Positions 1 to 9,500 of a stretch of DNA of 64,000 bases are shown here, one piece after another; positions within the stretch are counted from its first letter, which is position 1; each line of letters starts with the position of its first letter. The notes beneath the pieces were generated by a model. It ran no database searches and had not been told where the DNA came from. It saw only the letters and a program-made list of their open reading frames with translations. The stretch is from IMG/VR virus record IMGVR_UViG_3300002133_000084, one strand, 5' to 3'. This stretch comes from an uncultured virus (IMG/VR IMGVR_UViG_3300002133_000084) (Duplodnaviria > Heunggongvirae > Uroviricota > Caudoviricetes). The position numbers and the translations under genes were made by a program.

Positions 1-104
1 AAAAAAATATCAGCTACAACGAAATGCCCGCAGAACAACCTATATCAGATTGTCCTGCGGGCAAGGCGAGTTGGGCAGTTTAATGTCATGCCCAGGACTT
101 GATT

Positions 105-476
105 CTAATCAGAGTCCAACTCCGATTTGAACTCTATCATCTTTGTGATGATGTCGATCTCGTCGACACCAGCATCCTTCATAGATTTCTCTATGGAGGC
201 CAGTGCCTCCTCCTGAGTAAAAAACTCAGAGAAGATATCTTCAGCCAACTCCTGAGTTGGCTCGATTACCTTGGAATCCCATAGGGCGTCAAAGGTATTT
301 CCCACCGCAAAAAACAGCGGTAGGCTTTCCTCATTAAACATAAAACCTCCGGACTCATAATGAGCCCGGATTGCGTCCGCAATAATCTTAGCGTCCACCA
401 CGTTATGGTTGGCTGAGATAATTCCATCAGCCACATAACGGCCCTGATTTATGAGTATTCTTTGTAGATTGTCCAT
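105..476 (-). CDS. hypothetical acidic protein
   Basis: ORF track 105..521; start moved to ATG at 476, which follows a GGGAGG RBS. Confidence 0.6.
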   Translation of the reverse strand: MDNLQRILINQGRYVADGIISANHNVVDAKIIADAIRAHYESGGFMFNEESLPLFFAVGNTFDALWDSKVIEPTQELAEDIFSEFFTQEEALASIEKSMKDAGVDEIDIITKMIEFKSELDSD

Positions 477-510
477 ATTACCTCCCAGTAAAAATGCCGC
501 GGAATTGCGG

Positions 511-834
511 CTATTCCACACCAGCCAACTGCCTCATTAGAAGCGCAGCCTCGGCCCCGGGATACTTCCCGCCGGCCTTCTGGTGGATGGCCATACGGAC
601 GATGCTCTGCCCGAAATACCCAACTTCCCCATCATCAAGGGCTAACTGCCCCAGGGACATTAGCTGATCCATGCTCATCCTCTGAGCCAGATCAGCCCCC
701 CTCTCGCGCAGATAATCGATGCGCTCTTCAGCCATCGCGTTGAGTTGCTCAAAGCTCAACGCGCTAGCGTCAAAGGTGTCGGACTTAACTGGTTTTTCAT
801 ATCCCCCCATACGCTCACTGATTGTACATTCCAT
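511..834 (-). CDS. hypothetical protein
   Basis: ORF track 511..870; ATG at 834 follows GGGAGG (841-846). Confidence 0.6.
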   Translation of the reverse strand: MECTISERMGGYEKPVKSDTFDASALSFEQLNAMAEERIDYLRERGADLAQRMSMDQLMSLGQLALDDGEVGYFGQSIVRMAIHQKAGGKYPGAEAALLMRQLAGVE

Positions 835-872
835 TTCTTGCCTCCCAGCAAAAAGGGGCATTGGCCCCAAAT

Positions 873-901
873 AAAAAAGCCACCGCGATATTGCGATGGC
901 T
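873..901 (-). terminator. intrinsic terminator-like hairpin
   Basis: minus strand AGCCATCGC-AATATC-GCGGTGGCT followed by a T run. Confidence 0.55.
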
Positions 902-950
902 AAAAAGAGATCCTGGTGCGCCAGGCCGCTGTATTTTAATACATCTCTTT
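873..950 (-). ncRNA. candidate structured leader / small RNA
   Basis: 904-911 pairs with 943-950 and encloses two hairpins; TGnTATAAC -10 just upstream; terminator immediately downstream. Confidence 0.35.
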
Positions 951-1121
951 CATAATGTTATACCATAATACTGCCAAAAACGCACTCTAATCCACGCGTT
1001 ATTTATTGCTCCCCAGAGAAAAAACAAAAGACGATCCCGCGCACATCAGGGAGGGCTTGATCATGCATCCTATTGTTTTTTTAGCCCATAGCTCCATTTA
1101 ATTTAATCCGCAATATGTTTC

Positions 1122-1151
1122 TTGAAATCAAAGTTTACTATGTGCCATCTT
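1122..1151 (+). promoter_or_regulatory. putative promoter of head operon
   Basis: TTGAAA-N18-CATCTT; CTATGTGCCATCTT recurs at 9790-9803. Confidence 0.5.
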
Positions 1152-1189
1152 ATAGGTGAAATTGATTAGTCCCGCATAGGTAAGGAATT

Positions 1190-2047
1190 ATGGGCACAAA
1201 TATTACAGCCGATCAGGTATTAACGTGGGGGCGAAAAGCCGCTCAGGATTTAGTTGGTTCTGGGATTCCCCTTGTAAGTAGCATAAGTAAAACCGCAGAA
1301 GATCACTCCCTTAATCTGGAGCAGATCACGCGCGTATGCGAAGCTGCCAACCAATCGACATTTGCTTCATTGCACGGCGATCGAATGGATCGGTTGATTG
1401 GGTTTAAGGTGGCGCACGCAAAGGATGTACTAGAGGGGCTGAATAGTCCCACTGAGAAAGTGGCCATGGCTATGGGCGATGACTATACATTGCCGCCCCC
1501 CAAGGAAGATGATGGCCTGCAGCCCAATATTGGCGAGGTGATGGATACCTACTTTCCTAAGACGGCATCCGATGTGCGCGATCGCGTTACCATCACCGAA
1601 GAAAATGCCAGAATACGGGCACACATCAATAAGGTGGCGGCGGCCAAGTCTGAGCTGGATGCGGAGATGGTTGGGCATCAGGTGGAGTCAACTCGCTCAG
1701 AGGATAAGCTGTTTTACGAGGTAAAAAAGAAATTAGTCGAGGGCAATGACTTCGACGATGTGTACAACATGATTGTCGGTAGTCCGGCCGGCGAGTTTGG
1801 CAGTGATGTCAGTTCGCTCATGCGGCGCGTGCTGGAGCGATTAAAGCAGGACAATCTGGTAGCTGAGGAAACTGAGATCCCGGACAGCGTAAATGCTGGC
1901 ACACAAGAAAACAATCCACACGAGACGGTGGTTAAGCAGGCATGTGAGATTCTCAGGCGCGAGAAGAGAGTTCGCCTGCTAGAGAAGGCCGCACACCTGT
2001 GCAACGTGGAAATGGAAACCCTTTACAATAAGATGAGCCATGTTTGA
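1190..2047 (+). CDS. putative head core/assembly protein, K-x-A rich
   Basis: 285 aa, first gene of the virion region; SKTA, EKVA, PKTA, NKVA, EKAA motifs. Confidence 0.55.
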   Translation: MGTNITADQVLTWGRKAAQDLVGSGIPLVSSISKTAEDHSLNLEQITRVCEAANQSTFASLHGDRMDRLIGFKVAHAKDVLEGLNSPTEKVAMAMGDDYTLPPPKEDDGLQPNIGEVMDTYFPKTASDVRDRVTITEENARIRAHINKVAAAKSELDAEMVGHQVESTRSEDKLFYEVKKKLVEGNDFDDVYNMIVGSPAGEFGSDVSSLMRRVLERLKQDNLVAEETEIPDSVNAGTQENNPHETVVKQACEILRREKRVRLLEKAAHLCNVEMETLYNKMSHV

Positions 2048-2282
2048 CTCAGCATTTCAAAGTGAATTAGAGAAGAATGCCTTTTGGGGCACACTAGCAG
2101 TAGGCGCAGTAACGGCCGTTGCTAAGGCGGGATGGAAAGCAGCAAAGGGCATGGGCAAGTTGATAAAAAACAATAAGGGCGCCACTGTATCTGCTGCTGG
2201 TACTGGATTTGTTTTAAATGATAATCTAATGGGTGCACCGCGCCAATTGCGCCGCGCCGCCCCTGTGCAACACTTAGGATAA
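2040..2282 (+). CDS. leader-tagged small amphipathic protein (putative head cargo)
   Basis: N-terminus MFDSAFQSELEKNA followed by a cationic Gly/Ala helix. Confidence 0.7.
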   Translation: MFDSAFQSELEKNAFWGTLAVGAVTAVAKAGWKAAKGMGKLIKNNKGATVSAAGTGFVLNDNLMGAPRQLRRAAPVQHLG

Positions 2283-2285
2283 GAA

Positions 2286-2633
2286 ATGATCTACAGACGA
2301 AAAAATCTATGGAATAGCGAGGCGATAACAAATAGCAGTGTATCCAGCTGGATAGATACGGCCACACATGAGTACATGCTAGCATTCGATAATCGGGCTG
2401 TGATGGTTTTATCAGACAAAGCTACCACGGTGACTATAGAGGGCTCGATGGATGGATCGACGGTTGCTAAAACTATCATCAGTGCGCAGGCCGTAACTCC
2501 TAGTACAGCTTACGCGCATATAATGGCCGGTGGAGATCAGTTGTTTCGTTATTACAGAATTACCGTTAATGCTGCCGCTTCCCCCGATACAGTTTCCGGC
2601 TGGTTTGTTGGAAGCCATATAACGAGCTACTAA
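2286..2633 (+). CDS. small beta-rich putative virion protein
   Basis: 115 aa, beta-strand patterns TVTIEGSMDG and FRYYRITV; lies in head region. Confidence 0.5.
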   Translation: MIYRRKNLWNSEAITNSSVSSWIDTATHEYMLAFDNRAVMVLSDKATTVTIEGSMDGSTVAKTIISAQAVTPSTAYAHIMAGGDQLFRYYRITVNAAASPDTVSGWFVGSHITSY

Positions 2634-3472
2634 TGCCCGGGCAGTATGTAAAGAAGGTTGGTGACACCTATAAGCAGGTTAAGAGGAGAACCACGTACTC
2701 TGGATCTGAAGTACTCAAGGCACCCCAAGGTGCTAGGGAAACTGGCTCACACATAAGAAGATTCAAAGAGACGCGCAACCGAATAAAACCGATGGAAAAA
2801 GAGAAAATGGCTACAGTAAACGAAGAGATTCAGAATATGGTAGACGCCGGCACCCTCTCCAAGGAGGCAGCCGATCGTATTACAAAAAAGGCATCCTTCT
2901 TAGGATCAAGCCTTAAAAGATTTATGGGCGGCATGTCTGGCATGGGCGACGCCAAAGGTTTTGGCAATAAAACAGACGAATGGGCCGAGAAAGTTAAGAG
3001 CATGATGAGGGGCAAGGATAGCGATACGGCTGGCAAGGTATTTGATGGATTAAAAAAAAATGAGCAGCGCGAAGTGGCCAAGAAGATGTTAGAGGGATCA
3101 GGTAACTCTGATCCTTCGACGCTAAATAGATTTGGCGTTGGAATAGGACTCGCTGGTGGACTAGTGGCGGCCGAGGAGGGCATGGATCGATATCAGGCCC
3201 ATGAGACGCGCAAGCAAATGATGCACGTCTTCCCGGAGTTGCAGCGGGAAGATCCCGAAAAAGTAGATAGGGCATTTAATGTACTAAAGACATATTCGCC
3301 CACCCTTACCCGCGATCCGCACGTTGCTGGATCTGCCGTAGCTAAGATGATTCAATACGAGGTGGTTGATCCTGCCACCATTAAAACACTACTAGAAACT
3401 CAAAAAGCTGACAACCAACCCGGGCGCCGCCTCATTGATGCTGCGCGCACTGTTGGCCAGGCTGTAATATAG
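2633..3472 (+). CDS. putative internal head protein
   Basis: 279 aa; EKMA and TKKA motifs, glycine-zipper GVGIGLAGGLVAA; start may be internal (MEKEKMA). Confidence 0.55.
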   Translation: MPGQYVKKVGDTYKQVKRRTTYSGSEVLKAPQGARETGSHIRRFKETRNRIKPMEKEKMATVNEEIQNMVDAGTLSKEAADRITKKASFLGSSLKRFMGGMSGMGDAKGFGNKTDEWAEKVKSMMRGKDSDTAGKVFDGLKKNEQREVAKKMLEGSGNSDPSTLNRFGVGIGLAGGLVAAEEGMDRYQAHETRKQMMHVFPELQREDPEKVDRAFNVLKTYSPTLTRDPHVAGSAVAKMIQYEVVDPATIKTLLETQKADNQPGRRLIDAARTVGQAVI

Positions 3473-3481
3473 GGAAATGAA

Positions 3482-3862
3482 ATGTTTGACATAGCGTTTG
3501 CTAATGAATTAGAAAAATGTGCCGGAGTCATTGATTCGATTGGTGGCGCAATAAATAGGCATCCAAATCTCGTGACATATGGAGTATTGCCCGCCTTCAT
3601 GGGGGCCGCTGGTGCTTCGTCTTTATATTCTGGCAGGAAGATTAGGCACGAGATGGATCTCCATAAAAGTCAGCAGGCCTGGGCTGGCAGAAAATTAGAA
3701 TCCAATCCAGACAGCGCATTTTATGGAAAAATCAAAAGTCAGCTAGATAAAGAAGTGGCTGATCCAGCCAAGGATGAGCGAATGGGTGCCATTAGTGGCG
3801 GACTTTTAGGTACGCTTATGGGCGGAGCGACTGGGTTGTACTTTAAAAGTAAAATGAGGTAA
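3482..3862 (+). CDS. leader-tagged glycine-zipper protein
   Basis: MFDIAFANELEKCA leader; GAISGGLLGTLMGGATG segment. Confidence 0.75.
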   Translation: MFDIAFANELEKCAGVIDSIGGAINRHPNLVTYGVLPAFMGAAGASSLYSGRKIRHEMDLHKSQQAWAGRKLESNPDSAFYGKIKSQLDKEVADPAKDERMGAISGGLLGTLMGGATGLYFKSKMR

Positions 3863-3866
3863 GACA

Positions 3867-4164
3867 GTGTTTGATGAATCGTTTTCCATGGAATTAGAGA
3901 AGTCCGCAGAGATTGGAGCGGGGTAGTATTATATCAGCATTAGTGGCAAATGGAATTTTGTTGGGTGGAGCCTATGGAATGGGCAGGCTCGCGCAGGGGG
4001 AAAGCACTGAGCATTCATGGGCCACAGAGAACCCAGCTTTAAATACACTTTTTTTCAATCTTCCAGGTGGAGCCTATTCCATTGGGAAAATAATGGCAAG
4101 AAATAAAAACATCAAGGAAGAGCGCGCGCGGATGAATGATCAACCCCAACCAGTCCGTCATTAG
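3867..4164 (+). pseudogene. frameshifted leader-tagged gene
   Basis: GTG-start MFDESFSMELEKSAEIGAG*; removing one G from GGGG at 3920-3923 joins it to ORF 3913..4164. Confidence 0.7.
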
Positions 4165-4172
4165 GATCAGCA

Positions 4173-4973
4173 ATGACTATAAAAGATAATTTCTTTGCTG
4201 GGATGTCTAAGCTCGCCAATGAGGACGATAAAAGCTGGAGCCTAACTCCTGCAGCCGGCTTAGCTTTACCGATTATACCTAAAGTTTTGGCGCAAAAAGG
4301 GTATCTCAATAATATGGGAATTGGGAAAACTACAGATGAGGAGATAGCGACTCTCAAGAAAAGTATGGGCGTACCAACAACTATTGTTAATAAGTCCAAT
4401 AAGCGCCCAATAGATTCCTATTTTACCATCGATCGTAAGGCTGAGCTTGATAAGCCAAGGGGGACATTTACTAGAACTCCCAAAGTCGTGGTGTCCCCAG
4501 ATACAAATATTGGCGTTATAGGACATGAGTTAGGGCACGCTAAGAATTATGCTCGCATAACAAATAATGGCAAGAACTGGCAGCGTGGAGAGAAATACAT
4601 GCGATTACTCAAGGGCGCGAATATTAGGGGAGCTCAGGCGGGCACCTTAAATATTGGCAGAATGGCCCTTGGCGGAGAAAGCAATGATGCGGTTGCCGGT
4701 GGCATTGCTGCTGCGTCATTGCCGCTATTAGCAGAGGAGACATCCGCAACAGCTAGGGCGCTTCGTCATATTGTCAAGAATTTTGGATGGAAGAGGGGGC
4801 TAAAGCAGATCCCAACTGCGGCCGCTGCCCTTGGAACATACTACAGTGTGCCGGCCGCTACATTGGCCTCCAACCACCTAGCAAAAAGAAGAGATGCTAA
4901 AAAGAAGGATGAAGACAAGAGCTTTGTCCCAGGCTTGGCGTATCATAGAAAAATTACTCAAGGCAGGGGATAG
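4173..4973 (+). CDS. leader-tagged neutral zinc metallopeptidase-like protein (Zn_peptidase_2-like)
   Basis: MTIKDNFFAGMSKLA leader; HELGH motif plus downstream E-x-x-A-T-x-R-A-L and AALGTY. Confidence 0.7.
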   Translation: MTIKDNFFAGMSKLANEDDKSWSLTPAAGLALPIIPKVLAQKGYLNNMGIGKTTDEEIATLKKSMGVPTTIVNKSNKRPIDSYFTIDRKAELDKPRGTFTRTPKVVVSPDTNIGVIGHELGHAKNYARITNNGKNWQRGEKYMRLLKGANIRGAQAGTLNIGRMALGGESNDAVAGGIAAASLPLLAEETSATARALRHIVKNFGWKRGLKQIPTAAAALGTYYSVPAATLASNHLAKRRDAKKKDEDKSFVPGLAYHRKITQGRG

Positions 4974-5023
4974 TGCCACATGATTAAGCTTTGTCCCAGG
5001 CTTGGCGTATTATAGAAAAATTA
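4920..5023 (+). repeat. 37-bp direct repeat (4920-4956, 4987-5023)
   Basis: AGCTTTGTCCCAGGCTTGGCGTAT(C/T)ATAGAAAAATTA, one mismatch. Confidence 0.9.
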
Positions 5024-5045
5024 TGGTGGGTTAAATCTTGCTAAT

Positions 5046-5306
5046 GTGGCATTGGGTGGAGATCACTATGATGGAGTTGCGATAGGATCTCTTGTGTCTA
5101 TGGCTCCGCAAATTGCTTCGGAATCTTCGGCTAGTATACGGGGACTAAGTCACATAGCTAAGAATTTTGGCTTTCGTCGGGCGCTGCGCGAAGCTCCAGC
5201 ATTGGCCGTGGCATTATCGTCATACCTTACAATGCCGGCCGTAGTTGGATCTGGGATGTATTTAGATAATAAAAGGAAAAAACTAGATGGATCTTCTGTT
5301 CAGTGA
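5046..5306 (+). pseudogene. N-terminally truncated paralog of the upstream peptidase
   Basis: aligns by eye to the C-terminal third of 4173..4973 (ALGG...E-x-S-A...HI-x-KNFG...AL-x-x-Y); lacks HExxH. Confidence 0.65.
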
Positions 5307-5802
5307 TGGTGACATAGAGAAGTTGGCGTTTTCTCTTGGCGGGCTTGGCAAGATGTTTCGACGAGCCCCCAAGGCAAATCAGCAAGTTAACATATCCGAT
5401 GCCGTGCGTCACGGAAAAATAGACACCCTTCGCACGAATGCCGTCGACTCTTCTGGTAAAGGTAGATACAATAAAGTTCAGGCCGTAATGGATGGCGGCA
5501 AAAAGAGAAAGCTCAATGCGGACGAGCGAAGATTCTTGGTAGACAAAAATAAGAGACAAGCCGACATCAGGGCTAGAGTTCAGGGCCCAGTTGCCCCCGC
5601 GCCCGTAGCTGTAAAAGCGGCGCCAGCTGCCAAGGTTTCCCCGACGGCCAAGCCTAAGATTCCCGGATCAGATGTTGTGCCCAACACTAATGCCAAGCCG
5701 CCAGCCAACAATGGTGGCATGTCAAATAAGAATAAATTCTTTGGGGGCGTTGGCCTATTGGGCGCCGGCTATGGAATGGGGGCAATGAATTCCAATGGGT
5801 AA
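5287..5802 (+). CDS. basic protein with variant leader
   Basis: MDLLFSDGDIEKLA; Pro/Ala linker; C-terminal GGVGLLGAGYGMG. Confidence 0.7.
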   Translation: MDLLFSDGDIEKLAFSLGGLGKMFRRAPKANQQVNISDAVRHGKIDTLRTNAVDSSGKGRYNKVQAVMDGGKKRKLNADERRFLVDKNKRQADIRARVQGPVAPAPVAVKAAPAAKVSPTAKPKIPGSDVVPNTNAKPPANNGGMSNKNKFFGGVGLLGAGYGMGAMNSNG

Positions 5803-6094
5803 AACGGATGCATTTTACGTCGGCATGAGTAAGATGGCTGGGTTCTTGGATAGCATGGGGCGCACCGCCAAAAACAATCCGTGGGCAACGCTAGGCTTAG
5901 GCGCTGGTATTGGTGGATATGGTAAGGGGTATTCAAGTAGGGCCGATGAAACTGGCGCAACATACACCGGAAGGGCTACGGCGGCGGCGACAGTTTCTTC
6001 TGTTGCCGCAGCTTATTTTGCCAATAGGCTTCTACGTAAAAACTTATATGATACCAATCAGGCCGGATCGAAGATAATTAGGGCAATAGTTTGA
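5795..6094 (+). CDS. leader-tagged glycine-zipper protein
   Basis: MGKTDAFYVGMSKMA leader; LGLGAGIGG segment. Confidence 0.7.
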   Translation: MGKTDAFYVGMSKMAGFLDSMGRTAKNNPWATLGLGAGIGGYGKGYSSRADETGATYTGRATAAATVSSVAAAYFANRLLRKNLYDTNQAGSKIIRAIV

Positions 6095-6127
6095 TCGTTC
6101 GGGAAATGTATATAGGGAGATATTGGA

Positions 6128-6525
6128 ATGTTTGACTCTGCATTTAGCAGTGAGCTTGAGAAGTGTGCCGGCCTATTAGACTTAGAGTCCGTTGAGGATG
6201 AAATATGATACGCGTATTTAAGCGGTGAGAAAGAGCAGGATGCGTTAGAATCAATTGACAGGGTTCGGGGCAGGGGCGCGACGGATTCATTCTACGCAAC
6301 CCGTGGCTGACTGGAATACCCACACTTGGCATTGCCCCTCTAATTGCCTCGTCTATCGGCAATGATAGAGTGGCCAGATCGCTAGCCAGAAAGCACACCG
6401 ATATAGCGGGATCTATGGCAAAGGCAAGGCTTATGCGAGAAGAGCAGGCGAATGCCAATATGAGGCAAATGTCTCAAAATGCAGCAATGACGAGCGATGC
6501 ATCGATATTGGCCGGCGAGAGATAG
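6128..6525 (+). pseudogene. disrupted leader-tagged gene
   Basis: MFDSAFSSELEKCAG..., in-frame TGA at 6206-6208, frameshift near 6265-6285, then GFILRNPWLTGIPTLGIAP... to TAG at 6525. Confidence 0.65.
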
Positions 6526-6578
6526 AGTGCCACCCTCTGATCTCTTTTACTAATGAATAAAATGGAAGACAATCAATA

Positions 6579-9500
6579 ATGTCCCTAGTAAAGCTCACAT
6601 CATTCTCTGCGCTCAATAATCAGGATTTACCTACCGTAGAACCGGTGCGCGGATCTATTAAGCGTGCGTCCTTCGAGACGGAGTACCTGCCTGAGATTTT
6701 AGAGTTCCTATCCAGTCTCAAGAGGGACGATGGGAATATCTATGTCATCATCAATGCATTAGGTGGATCAGAGGCGTGGGGCGAAAATAATAACGGAGAT
6801 GATTTTCCGGTAAATACACCGCCTATTATTGTCGGCGGCAAAACGGAGTCTGATTGGGGGTTGGCCCCAAGTGATCCAGAGGCTAAGTGGGGGCATAAGA
6901 CGTTCGAACAGTTCGCCAAAGTCTTTCGGCAACATAAAAACAAACTGAGCGAGGGGCACCCCGAGTATGGTGAGCCGTTATTTTCGGCATGGAACCCAGG
7001 GATGCACCGAGTGGAGCTTGTTGCGCGCGTGCGCAGAGATGAGCCAGACATTGCCGATGTAATAGATAAGCTCGATCGCAATGAGCCGGCGGCTGTCAGC
7101 ATGGGGTGTTTCCCCGCTGGAACGCCTATTCGGATGGAGGATGGATCAGAAAAGAGCATAGAGCTAATCGAAGAGGGCGATTGGGTACTTACACATAAGG
7201 GCAATGTTAAGAGTGTATCATCTCTGAAGCCTCGCCCTTATCGTGGGGAAATGATGTCGGTTAGGTATTACGGCAGGAGATCCATTGATATGACTCCAGA
7301 GCATCCAGTCCTAATTATACCAAAGGATCTAGCTGTGACTGTAAACCATAAGCACCCTAGATTCTTGGATGATATAGATATAGATAAACTTCAGTGGGTG
7401 CACGCTGATCACCTATCAGTAGATGATGTGGTAGTGGAGCCCACATTTAATGAGGTTCGCACCCCAGATTGGGCCAATAGAAGTCTGGCTAGGATCTTGG
7501 GATATTATCTAGCCGAGGGCTACGTTATTCGCAATAGGGAAAAAGAGATTTGCGGTATAAATTTCACTTGCCATCACGATGACGCTCTACTTGAAGAGAT
7601 CTCCAGTTTAGTTGAGTCGTGGGGATCACCCTACCGAGTTTCCGTGCGCAAGCGCTCTAATTCTGAATCAGCATGCTCTGTTGAAATTTACGACTCTAAG
7701 CTGGCGACGATATGTTACCAGCTGTGTGGATCTTACGCTAGTCGCAAGAAAATAGATCGCACGCTCATGTTGTGGGATATGGATCTGCAAAGGGAATTCA
7801 TTGGAGCGTATATAAATGGTGATGGGTGCCAGAATAGGGGAAAATGGCAACCTGGATCGGTTACTATATCTACGGCATCTATCAGACTATCAGAGCAGAT
7901 AGTTTCTATGTTGAGAAGGTTGGATATATACGCCTCGCATCACTCTATTAAACATAAGCCATCCAAGAATTCAGTTGTTCGCAGAACAACTACAGAGTAT
8001 CAGATTCACATTGGGAAGGGGTATGTCAACCTCTTGGAGCCATATAGCCAAAAAATTCAACCAGTTTCCATTAAATCTGATCAGCGCGTGCGGCGCATTG
8101 GTAATTATAATCTATTTCGCATAAAAGAGGTGTCGCGCGCTCCATTCACTGGGGAAGTGTTCAATTTTGAGGTGGATGGCGATCACTCTTATGTGGCTGG
8201 CGGTATAGCTGTACACAACTGTCGCGTACCATTCGACATTTGCTCTATTTGCGACAATCGCGCCAAAACCACTAAAGAATACTGCGAACACCTGCGCTAC
8301 AATATGAAGCAAATGCTTCCCGATGGGCGCAAGGTGAAAGCTATAAATTACAAGCCCCTTTTTTTTGATATCTCTTTTGTCAGGAAGGGCGCTGATCCCA
8401 CGGCATTTACCTTGGCTAATGTGACGGCGGGAGAGAAGATCGCTTCTTCCTCCATCATCCTATCTGCCAATGCCGGATATGATGCCTATGGCGATATCGA
8501 TGCCGTGTTTGGAAAGGCCGCTGAAGACACATCCAAAACTTCTGGCTATAAAGAATCTGATGAGAAGTCTTCTTCTATTGTAAAGAGGGTTCCCGGGCAA
8601 ATACAGGCTGCCACCTCAGATGAACATCAGTCCATATTAGAGCAATTCGTCCAGAAGGTGTATCCGAAGCTGCAGGAGAAAGAAGCCGCACTACCTGCGG
8701 CCCTCCTGGATAAGTTGGCCAACGATTATTCGATGTCGGAGATATGGAGCTCAATGACGGCGGCCGGTATGTATATGCGCCCGGATGAGTTTCAGCGCAT
8801 TGCCTTAGTTCAGTCTGGACAGAATAAATTGGCCAATGATCTCTGGGACAATGGCTGGGTTTTCCCTCAATGCGATCCCATCGAATCGGATGTTCAAGTT
8901 GACGTCGATCACATTAAGGAGGCTGTGCTAAATGAGCTCTCTGGATCGATGGCCGACAGATCGGGATATCGCCCCTTCTTGATACAGCGAGTTGTATCTC
9001 TGGACAAAACGGCAGGTGAATACTTCGAGGAAAAATACGTCGATCAGGATTATACTCCACCGGTGAATGTCATGCCGGCCCTTTTGGCGCTGGGCGGCAT
9101 TTATGCTGGTGGATCAGTGGCAGCGAAATCTGTTAACCCTGTAAAGATAGAGGAGTGGATTCGACGCTCTATCGAGCGAAGCCCTGAAAACATGCGTCGC
9201 CTGGGCGATATAATTAACAGTAGGGCGAGAAGGGTGAAGGATGTGGTGGCCAAGAAATACTGGATTGCACCGGCGGCCGTATTGGGAACCGCTGGATTGG
9301 CTAGCGTCATAGATACTGGCACGTCCCTTAGGTATAAAGGGGAGATATACTGGGAGGATCCACAAATATCCAAGACGTCATCTGATAAGACGGCTGGATT
9401 CTTTCGTAGGGCTGCCATAGGAATTCCGGCCGCATATATAGCCGCTGGATATCAGGATGTAAAGCAGATGCAGGGGGAGCGGCCCGGATTCATCGGAAGG

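Noticed and set aside
6206..6208. In-frame TGA as evidence of stop-codon reassignment
   Set aside because: It is an isolated case in a gene that is also frameshifted; TGA and TAG end normal genes elsewhere, and long ORFs are intact in the standard code.
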